From Candidatus Cloacimonadota bacterium (GTDB taxonomy: Bacteria; Cloacimonadota; Cloacimonadia; G963667145): a stretch of DNA of 64,000 nucleotides. Of this stretch, positions 9,135 to 22,392 are shown piece after piece. Within the stretch, counting starts at the first letter, position 1, and every line of letters begins with the position of its first letter. The position numbers and the translations under genes were made by a program. The notes below the pieces were generated by a model, which had not been told where the DNA came from, made no database searches, and was given only the letters and a program-made list of their open reading frames with translations. Location: positions 1,024,001-1,088,000 of the forward strand of contig OY781092.1 in NCBI GenBank assembly GCA_963676615.1. The letters are read 5' to 3'.

Positions 9135-9749
9135 TTAAATATGAAATTTCTTGATTAAACCATCAAGGGCTTTATTCTGTTTTGTTGTCAATTCCCCTTT
9201 TTCAACATAATTTCTTTCCAAAGAAAGAACAAATTTACAATCAAACCATTCATTGAATTTTACCCAATTTAAAATTTTATTAATTCTATACGGAACCGAA
9301 ATATCCTCTCCACAAATAAAAATTAATACTTTTCTATTAATTTTCACCCTAAATTCAAGCTGTTTTTCAGTTAATTTTCTCTTTTTCAAAGTGTCAGAAT
9401 AAAAGTTACATTCATACTTTGATAAAAACTTTTTTTCTTTAAGATATTCTAGTATACTACTGCCAATACTTTTGTTTATATCTACTTTCACCCTTTCTGT
9501 TGCAGCCAAAATTTTAGTTCCAATATCAATATGCAAAAATTTACTTACACAACAATTTCCCACCTCAGTTTGTTTATTATTTTTTACATTTTTTAACACA
9601 CAAATATTTTTTATTGGATAATGTCCACAAAGACACTTTTTAGGGCTTCCACTCTTGTAAACAAAATCAAATTCCCACTCACTTTTAGCATTGTCCCAAA
9701 TATTTGCTTCACTAATCTTTAAAATCTCTTCAAATAACTTATATTCCAT
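9135..9749 (-). CDS. Hypothetical Cys-rich protein (AT-rich gene)
   Basis: 204-aa ORF with CLCGH...C...VGNCCV and two LTxKQ motifs. Confidence 0.7.
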   Translation of the reverse strand: MEYKLFEEILKISEANIWDNAKSEWEFDFVYKSGSPKKCLCGHYPIKNICVLKNVKNNKQTEVGNCCVSKFLHIDIGTKILAATERVKVDINKSIGSSILEYLKEKKFLSKYECNFYSDTLKKRKLTEKQLEFRVKINRKVLIFICGEDISVPYRINKILNWVKFNEWFDCKFVLSLERNYVEKGELTTKQNKALDGLIKKFHI

Positions 9750-9772
9750 AAAAACATTTAATATGTCAAAAC

Positions 9773-10021
9773 TCAGGCTTTATACCGATGATACAGCGCC
9801 AAATCGACGCTCACCAGACAAAAATTGAACACATAAAGCCAAACCACCGCGTCCATATTGTAAAAAAGTTTGTTCAAAATTCCAAACAGATAGCCCAAAA
9901 GCAGCAGAAACATAAACAGCGGGCTTTTCCCCGTAACCTGCTTTGTTCGCAAGGACTTAGCGATGCTCACTGGCCAGCTCGCGCCGAAACACACCAACAT
10001 CAAAATTTCAAAAAAACTCAA
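9773..10021 (-). CDS. Small PQ-loop/SemiSWEET-like membrane protein
   Basis: Three hydrophobic helices with FGASWP..K...GKS pattern. Confidence 0.7.
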   Translation of the reverse strand: MSFFEILMLVCFGASWPVSIAKSLRTKQVTGKSPLFMFLLLLGYLFGILNKLFYNMDAVVWLYVFNFCLVSVDLALYHRYKA

Positions 10022-10041
10022 AGGTACTTCCTTTTTTTAAA

Positions 10042-10485
10042 TCATCTCTTCGAGCGAAAATAGTCCCGCAAAATCTGCCCGCACTCTGTGGCTAGCACGC
10101 CTTTTCTCACGACTGGATTGTGATTGAGCCGCGCATCTTTCGCAATATCGTAGAGCGAGCCCATCGCTCCAGATTTCGGATCGTCCGCGCCAAAAACCAC
10201 CGTGCCCACTCGCGCCCACTGGATAATCCCTGCGCACATAACGCACGGTTCCAGCGTCACATAGAGCGTGTAGTCATAAAAATAAACCTCGCCCCCAGCA
10301 ATCGCAGACTCGATTACCAGCTTTTCTGCGTGCGCCAAACGATTGGACTTCTGCCCGTTTCCCGCCTCAGCCACCACTTTGCCGTCTTTCACCAAAACAG
10401 CTCCGATAGGAATATTCCCCGCTTTGGCAGCCAGCTCCGCTTGCGCAAGAGCCCGCCGCATAAATTTCTCGTCAGACTCAGCCAC
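10042..10485 (-). CDS. tadA: tRNA adenosine deaminase
   Basis: PIGAV, HAE and TLEPCVMC zinc motifs. Confidence 0.85.
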   Translation of the reverse strand: MAESDEKFMRRALAQAELAAKAGNIPIGAVLVKDGKVVAEAGNGQKSNRLAHAEKLVIESAIAGGEVYFYDYTLYVTLEPCVMCAGIIQWARVGTVVFGADDPKSGAMGSLYDIAKDARLNHNPVVRKGVLATECGQILRDYFRSKR

Positions 10486-11413
10486 TATTTCAGCTTGCCG
10501 CCTTTCAGATATTTAAACAGTTCCGAATCTGTCGATAAAATCAGCTCCGACTTGCCCGTCAAAGTTTTTTGATAAGCCTCCAGCGACTTCATAAATCTAT
10601 AAAACTCAGGGTCTTTGTTATACGCCTTGGCATAAATCGAAATCGCCTGCGCATCCGCCTTACCCTTTATCGACTGCGCTTTTTGATAAGCCGCCGACTG
10701 AATATTGTCCAGCTCCCGCATCTTCATTCCCTCAATCTCCGCCTTTTTGCCCTTGCCCAGCGAGCGATACTTCTCGGCGATCTTTTGCCGCTCGGAAATC
10801 ATCCGCTCATAAACCTTCTCACGCACATCTTTCACATAGTTAATCCGCTTGATTTTCACATCGATGAGCTTGATGCCATACTTCGCCACTTCGCCTTTGG
10901 AAAGGTCAAAAATCTCCTTCTCCAAATCAGACCTGCCCACTGCAATATCCATCCCATTGTCGTTCTCACGAGAGCGGGAATCTTCCGAATAGACCATCTT
11001 CCGATTGCTCGAACGCACCACGCTTATTAGCTTGTTACACGAAATGATGTCCCTGGCAGAGCCCGAGATAATGTCGTCCAATCTGCCGTGCGCCAAACTT
11101 TCTGTCCGCACCGTCTGAAAAAATTTCAGCGGATTCTCGATCTGCCAACGAGAAAACATATCCAACCAAATATACCGCTTATCCGCCGTCGGAATTTGCT
11201 GCGGATCGCCATCCCATTCCAAAATTCGCTCATCGAAATAGTGCACCTTTTGCACAAACGGAATTTTAAACTTCAGCCCAGCGGTTTTAATCGCGCCGCC
11301 CACTGGCTCGCCAAACTGCGTGACTATCGCCTGTTGACCCTCGGGCAAAATATAAAATCCGTTGAACAAAACCACCAGCGCTACAGCCGCAAGAGCCGCT
11401 AACTTCCAATGTC

Positions 11414-11417
<4 letters not shown>
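10485..11417 (-). CDS. hflC: FtsH protease modulator HflC
   Basis: SPFH domain, RMISER and DPEFYRFMKSLEAY. Confidence 0.9.
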
Positions 11418-14097
<2,680 letters not shown>

Positions 14098-14332
14098 TCA
14101 AAAAAACAGCGTTCGCTCGCACGAAAACCACCTGTCCAAAGATAAATAAAAGGGTAAATTGTAAACAGTTTTTTTCTTGCCCTCATTTATTTTTGAGCAA
14201 CGAACTTTTTTTGCTCGACTCCCAAAACCGCACGGCAAAACGAAACTGCAAAATCGACAAAATCTTGACTTTTTACCAACGCCAAAAAATATTGCTAACC
14301 AAAAGAAAAATAATCTAAAGGAGATTTGCCAA

Positions 14333-15367
14333 ATGAACAAAAAAAACCAGCGACGCAAAAAGCTGCTCGACTACCTCATCCAAGAATACGCTCAATGCTC
14401 TGCGCCTCTTGCTTCTGGCTACATCTGCAAAAAATATTTTTCCGACAAAAGCCCCGCAACAATCCGCACCGACCTCGTCCGCCTAGAAGAAAAAGGATAC
14501 ATCTACCAGCCACACACATCTTCGGGCAGAATTCCCACAATTTTGGGCTATCGAGAATACCTCAAACAAAACCAATTTTCCGAAGAACTTTTTGGCAACA
14601 CCGATCACCTGAAAAAACTCGTCTGCGACAACTTCCGCGACGCCACATCGATGCTGGATGCGATTTTGCAAATTTTGGCAGCCTCCACCAAACAGCTCAG
14701 CTTCGTCGCCGAACCAGAAATGAGCTACGAGTTTTTGCAAAATTTGAGCGTCTTCAAAATCTCACCAAAAAAGCTCCTGTTCGTCGTCAGTCTGAGCTCT
14801 GGACTCGACAAAACTCTGCTGACCGAATGCAACTACCAAATCACCGCAAAACAGCTAGGAGCGCTCGTCCGCTATGTCAACCAAAAATTTTCGGGAATGC
14901 GCATCTACGACATCCAAACCAAATATCTGCTCGACTCCAAACTGCGCCAAGAAAACACCCTGCTCAACCTTTTTTTGGCAGAACTCTACGAAGCTCTAGC
15001 AAAAATGGGCGGCTACTTTTTGAACTTCGACGGCAACATCTCGTTTTTGCAACAACCAGAATTCGACGACAAAAACAACATCCTCAACTTTTTCGCAATG
15101 ATAAGAAGGCAGGAAGTGCTAGTCAAACTGATGCAAGAAAACGACCCCAAAGAAAACGCAGGCGTCATTTTAGGCGAAGATCTGCCCGACAAAAACTGGG
15201 GACAATTCGTCCTGCTCTACGCAAAATACAGCCTCTTTGGCATCCCCGGGTATCTGGGCACAATCAGCCCACTTCGCGCCGACTACGCCACAATCATCTC
15301 CTGCTTAAAAGCGGTCGCCAAGACAATCACAGCCACCACCAGAGACCGCGCAATCGTAAAATACTAG
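14333..15367 (+). CDS. hrcA: Heat-inducible transcription repressor HrcA
   Basis: SPATIR..L..LE..GY..QPHTSSGRIPT..GYR. AAGGAG RBS before ATG 14333. Confidence 0.9.
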   Translation: MNKKNQRRKKLLDYLIQEYAQCSAPLASGYICKKYFSDKSPATIRTDLVRLEEKGYIYQPHTSSGRIPTILGYREYLKQNQFSEELFGNTDHLKKLVCDNFRDATSMLDAILQILAASTKQLSFVAEPEMSYEFLQNLSVFKISPKKLLFVVSLSSGLDKTLLTECNYQITAKQLGALVRYVNQKFSGMRIYDIQTKYLLDSKLRQENTLLNLFLAELYEALAKMGGYFLNFDGNISFLQQPEFDDKNNILNFFAMIRRQEVLVKLMQENDPKENAGVILGEDLPDKNWGQFVLLYAKYSLFGIPGYLGTISPLRADYATIISCLKAVAKTITATTRDRAIVKY

Positions 15368-15369
15368 CC

Positions 15370-17094
15370 CTACTGCACTATCTCGCCGTCGATTTTTTCG
15401 ATAAACTCCGCGACCTTCTCGTCTTTCGCAATCTCCGCCAAATCGACCTCTTCCTCCGCCTGCTTGCTCTGCTCTTGCTCAGAAGATTTCGCCGATTTCG
15501 CCGAGGCACTCACCTTCACCGAAAGCTGCAAATCGACATCAAAAAAATTGGACAAAAGTTTGATAAAAGTGCTAGAATCTCGCTCAAAAGACGATTGCTC
15601 AAACTTATTTGGGAACTCAATCTGCAAAACATTTCCAGCCAAAATCTTTTTGGGATACTCGTCGAAAAAATGGAGCAAATAAACGCCAAAATCGTTATCT
15701 TTCAAAAGCGCATTCAACTCTGGCAACGCCGCATCGAACTCACTCTGCGTCAACTCTTTGCGCTGCTTTTTCGCCTGAATAGCCTCATCTTCAACTGGCT
15801 CGCTCTTTTTTTCAACTTTCATTTTTATCGGCTCTGGCTTTTTTTCTGGTAAAACTTCCGCCGAAACAGCCGCTTTTTTGGGCGCTACTTTCGGTTGTGG
15901 AGTCTCCACTTTTTTTGCAGGACTCGCCGTCGCTTGCGTTTGTGCAGCCGCTGCCACGCTATTTCTGCCCGCATTACTTTGCAGATACGAGATAATCTTG
16001 TCCACCGATTTCAGCTGCTCCACCTTGGACAGACGAATCAAAGCCAGCTCAGCCACAAACGCCTGATTGCCCGCCTGCTTTATCTTCCGCACAGTTTCCG
16101 CCAAAATATCGATAAGCAAAATCAAAGTCCGCTCACCCAATTTTTTGGCAACCACCAAAGCGTTCTCTGCCACATCTGCAGGCATCTCCTGGCTTTTTCC
16201 GCTATAAAAAAGTGTCAAAAGCGAGCTCAAAAAATCCAAAAATCCCATCATAAACTCAACAACACCATTGCCACTTTCGACAACCGCCGCAAATTCCGCC
16301 AGCACACCAGTGGTGTCGTTTTCGGCTATCTTTTCCAAAATCCGCAAATAGACCTGCCACGAGATTATCCCAAACATAAACAAAACATCTTTGTGGGTAA
16401 TCTTTTCCGAAGAGTAGGAGATCATCTGATCCAAAAGCGAGAGCGCGTCCCGCATTCCGCCATCGGCTTTGTGCGCAATCACCGCAAGGGCTTGCTCCTC
16501 CGCCTCAATTTTCTCCTCCTTACAGATCGAAGCAAGATTTTCTAAAATCGCACCGAAAGGAATGCGCTTGAGGTCGAACCGCTGGCAACGCGACAAAATC
16601 GTGGGCAAAATTTTGTGCGGCTCGGTCGTCGCAAACATAAAAATCACTCGCTCGGGCGGCTCTTCCAGCGTCTTTAGCAGCGCATTAAACGCGCTAGTGG
16701 AGAGCATATGCACCTCGTCGATGATGTAGATTTTGTATCGCGAGGAGGTCGTCGTGTACATCAGCTCCCGCTGCAGCTCCCGAATATCATCCACGCCCGT
16801 GTTGGACGCACCATCGATTTCCGCAACATCGTAGGAGATCGCTTTCTCGATTTCCGTGCAATTGCTGCATTTCCCGCAAGGATGCACTGTTGGTCCATCC
16901 TGACAGTTCAGACTTTTCGCAAAAATCCGAGCCAAAGAGGTTTTGCCCACCCCTCTTGGCCCGGTAAACAAATACGCTCCCGCAATTCTATCTTTTTCCA
17001 CAGAGCTTATCAAAATTTTGGTCACATGGTCTTGGGCATAAACCTGCTCAAAAGTTTGCGGGCGATACTTCCGCGCTAGGACTGTATATTGCAT
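15370..17094 (-). CDS. dnaX: DNA polymerase III subunit gamma/tau
   Basis: LARKYRP, GPRGVGKT, DEVHML, NALLKTLEEPP and SRC. Confidence 0.95.
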   Translation of the reverse strand: MQYTVLARKYRPQTFEQVYAQDHVTKILISSVEKDRIAGAYLFTGPRGVGKTSLARIFAKSLNCQDGPTVHPCGKCSNCTEIEKAISYDVAEIDGASNTGVDDIRELQRELMYTTTSSRYKIYIIDEVHMLSTSAFNALLKTLEEPPERVIFMFATTEPHKILPTILSRCQRFDLKRIPFGAILENLASICKEEKIEAEEQALAVIAHKADGGMRDALSLLDQMISYSSEKITHKDVLFMFGIISWQVYLRILEKIAENDTTGVLAEFAAVVESGNGVVEFMMGFLDFLSSLLTLFYSGKSQEMPADVAENALVVAKKLGERTLILLIDILAETVRKIKQAGNQAFVAELALIRLSKVEQLKSVDKIISYLQSNAGRNSVAAAAQTQATASPAKKVETPQPKVAPKKAAVSAEVLPEKKPEPIKMKVEKKSEPVEDEAIQAKKQRKELTQSEFDAALPELNALLKDNDFGVYLLHFFDEYPKKILAGNVLQIEFPNKFEQSSFERDSSTFIKLLSNFFDVDLQLSVKVSASAKSAKSSEQEQSKQAEEEVDLAEIAKDEKVAEFIEKIDGEIVQ

Positions 17095-17915
17095 TACTCT
17101 CCCAGAGCTTTTATCAAATTGTAGGTAACATCAAAGCGATACTCCGCATCGGATCTAAGGTCGGTAATCGGAGTGATTTCCTTTTTCAATGCGGCTTGCA
17201 AATCGGCGTCGCTTCCGCCGCTCTGCAGCACTTTCTCCACCGCTGGCAGCCTTCTGGCATACTCGTTGAGGCTACCCACTGCAATTCGCAAACTCTCGAA
17301 CTTGTCGCCATTTTTGCGATAAACAGCCGCCAGAGCCACTTTTGCAATCGTCAAAGATTTTCTGGAACTCACTTTTTTATAAAAAGTGCTCATCCCTTTT
17401 TCGATAGGAACGATTACCGCTTTGATCACCTCGCCCTTTTCCAACACCGACTGCTTGTAGCCCGTAAAATAATCACACAACTTAACCTTGCGCTCGCCTT
17501 TGGCGCTGACCAACAAAACCTGCGCATCCAAAGCCAACAAAATCGGAGTAGCGTCGGCAGTCGGAGAGCCGTTAGCGATATTTCCGCCGATTGTCGCCGT
17601 ATTTTGCAAAAGCGGAGAAGCGAAATTCACCAGCGACTGGCTCAAAAGCGGAGCGTTTGCCTTTACCAGCTCAGAGCCGATAATCTGTCCAAAACTCACA
17701 CCAGCGCCAATAATCAGCTCGTCATTTTTGGCATCAATGCCCTTTAGCTCTTGCAAATTCCCGATGAAAAAAATCGTGCTATCCTTGATCATCTGCTTGC
17801 TGATTTGCACATTGATATCCGTGCCGCCAGCCAAATAATAGTAACTTCCGCCGCACGCGCTGCTTTTTTCAAAAAGATCCGCCAAACTCGAAACTCTAAC
17901 CAAACTGTTACTCAT
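17094..17915 (-). CDS. FAD-binding subunit of xanthine dehydrogenase/CoxM family
   Basis: LAGGTD, ATIGGNIANGSPTAD and DLRSDAEYR. Start trimmed to MSNSL. Confidence 0.85.
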   Translation of the reverse strand: MSNSLVRVSSLADLFEKSSACGGSYYYLAGGTDINVQISKQMIKDSTIFFIGNLQELKGIDAKNDELIIGAGVSFGQIIGSELVKANAPLLSQSLVNFASPLLQNTATIGGNIANGSPTADATPILLALDAQVLLVSAKGERKVKLCDYFTGYKQSVLEKGEVIKAVIVPIEKGMSTFYKKVSSRKSLTIAKVALAAVYRKNGDKFESLRIAVGSLNEYARRLPAVEKVLQSGGSDADLQAALKKEITPITDLRSDAEYRFDVTYNLIKALGE

Positions 17916-17916
17916 C

Positions 17917-18381
17917 TTACACCCCCTTGGCGTCTTTGCACGCTCTTTGAATAGCAGAGATAATCTTCTCATAACCTGTGCAGCGGCAGACATTTCCAGA
18001 CATCGCTCTTTTGATGCTCTCTTTGTCATCGCTTCCGCCGTTTGAGATGTAATGGTATGTGCTCACCATAAATCCCGGAAAACAAAAACCGCATTGCACG
18101 GCGTTTTCCTCGTAAAAAGCGTTCTTGATAATTTCGCCCAATTTGCTTTGGGACACCCACTCAACTGTTTTAACCTCTTTGCCTTCGGCGTGGATAAGAT
18201 TCATCGTGCAGCTGGTAACGGGCTTGCCCTCAAAAAGGACAGTGCAAGCTCCACATTCGCCCTCTGCGCAACCAACTTTTGTGCCAGTCAGCCCCAAATC
18301 CTCTCGAATCACTCTAACCAACGATTTTAAAGGATCTGCGTCCACAGACACATCTTTTCCATTAAGATTAAATTTAATCAT
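17917..18381 (-). CDS. 2Fe-2S subunit of xanthine dehydrogenase/CoxS family
   Basis: GCAEGECGAC, QCGFC and CRCTGY. Confidence 0.9.
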   Translation of the reverse strand: MIKFNLNGKDVSVDADPLKSLVRVIREDLGLTGTKVGCAEGECGACTVLFEGKPVTSCTMNLIHAEGKEVKTVEWVSQSKLGEIIKNAFYEENAVQCGFCFPGFMVSTYHYISNGGSDDKESIKRAMSGNVCRCTGYEKIISAIQRACKDAKGV

Positions 18382-20285
18382 ACCTCCCTCCCTTGAAGAT
18401 ATTTCTTATAAATTTGGCTTGGCTTTAGACCAAGACTGTTTTTCAACTCATCAACCGTGCCGTGCGGCACAAACTCATCGGGGTAACCAAAATTCATCAC
18501 CCGCACATTTTGGCAACACAAATGCTCGCTCACGCAAGAGCCAAAACCGCCACAAGCCACGCCGTCTTCCAGCGTAATAAACTCTCGGACTCCATCTTTC
18601 ACTGCCTCTTGCAAAATTTTTGCATCAAAAGGCTTCAGGCAATTATACCGCAAAATTCGCACGCCGACACCATCTTTTTGCATAATCTCCGCCAGCTGCC
18701 GTGCGTCCGCCAAAGCCGCACCGATAGCACAAATCCCCACCTGCTTTCCGTCGCCCTCGCGCTTCGCTCTGCCAAGAACAAACTCGCCAAAATCTTCGCT
18801 GAGCGCTTTCCCCCGCGGATAACGAATCGCCACAGGAGCGTCCTTGCATTCTGCCGCCCATTGCAACATCTGCCCCAGTTCCTGCCCGCTGGCTGGCGCA
18901 AGCACAACCAAACCAGGAATCATCCGCAAAAAAGCAAGATCGAACACGCCGTGATGCGTGGCGCCATCTGCTCCCACCAAGCCCGCTCTATCCAAACACA
19001 CCACAATCGGCAATTTTTGCATCGCCACATCGTGAATCATCTGGTCAAAAGCCCGCTGCATAAAAGTCGAATAAATCGCCACAAAAACTTTCTTGCCACC
19101 GCGCGCAAGTCCCGCGGCAAAAGTCACCGCATGTTGCTCGGCAATCCCCACATCATAGAACCTCTCGGCAAAATCTTGCGAAAACTTCTCCAGCCCAACT
19201 CCCTGGGTCATCGCAGCCACCACCGCACAAACATCGTCCCGCTCTTGAGCCAGCTCATACAAACTCTCGCCCAAAACAGAGCCATAGCCACGCTCCGAGC
19301 CTTTCTTCGCCTTTCCGCTGGCAATCTCAAACGGCGACACCCCATGAAACCGCTGTGGGTCTTTCTCGGCAAACTCATACCCCTTGCCTTTTTGGGTAAT
19401 TGTATGCACAAGCACAGGCCCCTTCACATTCGCGTCAATCTTCGTCAAAAGCTTCACCAGCTGCGCCAGATTGTGCCCGTTGACAGGTCCGATATATGTA
19501 AAACCAAAATCTTCGAAAAAAATGCTTTTCGAAAAAATATTCAGCAAACTCTCTTCCATCTTTTTCGATCCGTGCAGCAAAGTTTTCCGAATATTCTCGG
19601 GCAACAATTTCGACAAATCGTGCGCCTCTTTCTTAAAAAAGTTGTAACTCTTTGACACCAAAAAATTGGTCAAAGCTTTCTGCACGCCGCCAACATTTGG
19701 CGAAATCGACATCTGATTATCGTTGAGCACCACAATCAAATTCTCTGGGCGTATCTGCCCTGCGTGGTTAATCGCCTCAAAAGCCATTCCGCCCGTGAGC
19801 GCTCCATCGCCAATCACCGCAACGACTTTCTCATTTGGATAAGCTCTGGCAAGCCCCAAAGCAGCCGAGATCGAAGTCGAAGAGTGTCCCACAGAAAAAG
19901 CGTCGTATTCGCTCTCAAAAATGTTGTTGAACCCGCTGATGCCGCCAAATTGCCGCAAAGTGTGAAACCGCTGTTTCCTGCCAGTCAAAATTTTATACGC
20001 ATAGCTCTGATGCCCGACATCCCAGACAATCGGCGTTTTTTTCGGGTCAAAAACCTTGAGCAAAGCCAAAGTCAGCTCCACAGTCCCAAGCGACGGCGCC
20101 AAATGCCCGCCGTTGCTCGCACAAACCTGTATAATCTGCTCTCGCAACTCCTGCGCCAACTTCTCCAGCTGCTTCACATCGTATCCCGCAAGATCAGTCG
20201 CTCTTTGCTCTTCGCTCAAAATTCCTCCACCGTCATACTCTCCAACCCCGAGTTTTTCTGTCAAAGACTTTTTTTCTTTCGCCAA
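18378..20285 (-). CDS. dxs: 1-deoxy-D-xylulose-5-phosphate synthase
   Basis: GGHLAPSLG, WDVGHQ, GDGALT..NDN, IAEQHA and DRAGLVG.DG.TH. Confidence 0.95.
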   Translation of the reverse strand: MAKEKKSLTEKLGVGEYDGGGILSEEQRATDLAGYDVKQLEKLAQELREQIIQVCASNGGHLAPSLGTVELTLALLKVFDPKKTPIVWDVGHQSYAYKILTGRKQRFHTLRQFGGISGFNNIFESEYDAFSVGHSSTSISAALGLARAYPNEKVVAVIGDGALTGGMAFEAINHAGQIRPENLIVVLNDNQMSISPNVGGVQKALTNFLVSKSYNFFKKEAHDLSKLLPENIRKTLLHGSKKMEESLLNIFSKSIFFEDFGFTYIGPVNGHNLAQLVKLLTKIDANVKGPVLVHTITQKGKGYEFAEKDPQRFHGVSPFEIASGKAKKGSERGYGSVLGESLYELAQERDDVCAVVAAMTQGVGLEKFSQDFAERFYDVGIAEQHAVTFAAGLARGGKKVFVAIYSTFMQRAFDQMIHDVAMQKLPIVVCLDRAGLVGADGATHHGVFDLAFLRMIPGLVVLAPASGQELGQMLQWAAECKDAPVAIRYPRGKALSEDFGEFVLGRAKREGDGKQVGICAIGAALADARQLAEIMQKDGVGVRILRYNCLKPFDAKILQEAVKDGVREFITLEDGVACGGFGSCVSEHLCCQNVRVMNFGYPDEFVPHGTVDELKNSLGLKPSQIYKKYLQGREV

Positions 20286-20302
20286 ATAGCACCCACAAAA
20301 TT

Positions 20303-21289
20303 CTAAAAAAGATACGCTGTCACTATGCTCAGGCTAACATCTGGAGAGTGCGAGACCCAAATATCTTCGCCCAAAAAAAATCGCCATTCCCACTTTTTTT
20401 TGCGATACTTCACACCCAAAAAAAGCAGCAACGAGCCGCTATCCAAAATCGCAAAATCGGTGTTTTGATAATACGCCGAACTCCCATTTAACTGCGCCTG
20501 AAAGCTAAAATTTTGCGTAAAAAAATACTCCGCTCCGCCGTTGAGCGTGTAAACAAATCGCTTTTGATAATCTTCCAGCGAAGCAAAATCGCCCAAATAC
20601 GAACAGCTGGCAAAAGCGTCGTAAATCCACCTCTGCCAAGCACGCGATGCGCTCACCGCCAACGAAAAATCTTGGCTCCCGCTGCCAGAGAGTGCTTTTT
20701 TATCGCCAGTAGGCAACTTCCAATAACCCAAAACGCTCGCCCAAGTGCTGCCCGAACTATAAAAATTGTATTTTCCTTTGAGCAACAAATCGCCAAAAGC
20801 CTGTCTCTGTCCAGACTCGCGATAATACGCTCCAGGTAAATCGAGGTAAAAACTCGGATCTTCCAGCCCTCTAATATCAGCTTTGCCAAGCCCCAAAAAC
20901 TTGTGATACTCATCGACAAACTCCCCAAAATTGGAACTTTTTTGCAAAACATACGGAAGCGCAAAACCGACCTGCCAATTCTGCCCAAAACCGTAGTCGT
21001 AAACAAAATTGAAAGTATAGCTATCGCCCTCCATATACAAAATCCGCGCGCCGCTGGTCTTCAGAATCCTCGTGTGCGCCAAATCCGCACCAAGCATAAA
21101 CTTGGCTCCCGGCTTAATCCGTGCTGGCTCTGGGTTCGGCACCCCAAAAACTTGCGCAAACGGCAACTGATTATTCATATAAAAACCGCACAAACTTTGC
21201 GAAAAAGCCCAAAACAAAAAAAATACCGCACATCTTCGCAGACACACGGCAAAATTTTTCGCAGCCTTTGGCACCTGATTTTTCATCAC
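20303..21289 (-). CDS. Putative outer-membrane beta-barrel protein (DUF3187-like)
   Basis: Signal-like N-terminus, GD..L..K and KLPTG motifs, aromatic-rich strands, terminal Phe. Confidence 0.55.
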   Translation of the reverse strand: MMKNQVPKAAKNFAVCLRRCAVFFLFWAFSQSLCGFYMNNQLPFAQVFGVPNPEPARIKPGAKFMLGADLAHTRILKTSGARILYMEGDSYTFNFVYDYGFGQNWQVGFALPYVLQKSSNFGEFVDEYHKFLGLGKADIRGLEDPSFYLDLPGAYYRESGQRQAFGDLLLKGKYNFYSSGSTWASVLGYWKLPTGDKKALSGSGSQDFSLAVSASRAWQRWIYDAFASCSYLGDFASLEDYQKRFVYTLNGGAEYFFTQNFSFQAQLNGSSAYYQNTDFAILDSGSLLLFLGVKYRKKKWEWRFFLGEDIWVSHSPDVSLSIVTAYLF

Positions 21290-21302
21290 AATATTGTAGT
21301 AG

Positions 21303-22181
21303 CTAGGGAATCTCGTGCCTAATCATATTCAAAAGCTCCAGCAGAACCGCATTATTCTCGAATCCCTCAACCACGCCCTGCGCATTTTTGAGCAACTTCC
21401 TGATCATCTTAATCGACTTGTCCAGTCCCTCTACCTCGGGATAGGTCAGCTTGTCGGCAATCCTCTCCACCGTCGCGTTGCCCTCCTTCAGATCCACAAA
21501 AAGCACCGTCTCTCGCAAAATTTCCTTTGCCACCGCAAAATTGAGCGCATACTCCCGCAAATCAAAAGCCACATCTTGGCTCACCTCGCCGTAGAACTCG
21601 CACGCAATACTCACAATCGCCTGAAAAACATTGGCAGTTTTTTTGGTGTGAATATACTTCAACACATTCTCTTTGATTTTTTTGCCAATCGAACTGCTCT
21701 CAACAGCGTAACCAGCGATAGAACCCCTGCTGGAAAAAGCGTCCGCCAGCGTCTTTGTGCAAAAAACAGCCATCTTTGGCTTAGCCAATTCCGACAAAAT
21801 CGCAAACCCTTCGGTAATCAGCGCATCGCCGATAAGCACAGCATTCGCAAACCCATACTTCTGACAACACGGCTCATACTTTTTCTTCTTGTTATAAGTG
21901 TTCAGACACGGCAAATGGTCGTGCTCAAAAATTCCCGCAAAAATAAACTCAATCGCCGCAGCCACTGGCACCATTTTTTTGATGATGCTCGTGTTGTTTT
22001 TTCCCTTGAGAAGCTCATAAATCACAAAAAGAAAAACGCCCCGTTGCTTGCGGCTATCACGCAAAAGCGACCAAAGCATTCCCTGCTTGAGCAAATCTGG
22101 GCAATCCAGATTGTCCATCCGCTCTTTTATAAAATTTTCGATTAGGGCTTTGCGAGAGTTAAAATAATTCCTTATCTTCAA
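21303..22181 (-). CDS. IspA-like polyprenyl synthetase homologue with degenerate catalytic motifs
   Basis: AAAIE, AVLIGDAL, IHTKKTA and KLTYP are retained, but both DDxxD motifs are altered. Confidence 0.75.
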   Translation of the reverse strand: MKIRNYFNSRKALIENFIKERMDNLDCPDLLKQGMLWSLLRDSRKQRGVFLFVIYELLKGKNNTSIIKKMVPVAAAIEFIFAGIFEHDHLPCLNTYNKKKKYEPCCQKYGFANAVLIGDALITEGFAILSELAKPKMAVFCTKTLADAFSSRGSIAGYAVESSSIGKKIKENVLKYIHTKKTANVFQAIVSIACEFYGEVSQDVAFDLREYALNFAVAKEILRETVLFVDLKEGNATVERIADKLTYPEVEGLDKSIKMIRKLLKNAQGVVEGFENNAVLLELLNMIRHEIP

Positions 22182-22392
22182 AATTCCACCTTACTACACA
22201 AAAAACATATTTTAAACGAAAAGAAAAAAAAACGAGGAAAAGTCAAGCTATTTTTCGCAAAATCAAGCAACTAGCAAATTTTGGCGGAAAATTCTTGTCA
22301 AATTCACCCTAGCTTTTTTTGTAAATTTCGACGCAATTTTTTGCCGCTATATCTTTCATTTTCAACCATTTCTCTAGATTAAGGAAAACCAA

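Noticed and set aside
14265..14300. Possible CIRCE operator upstream of hrcA
   Set aside because: TTACCAACG-N8-TATTGCTAA deviates from TTAGCACTC-N9-GAGTGCTAA in both arms and in spacing.
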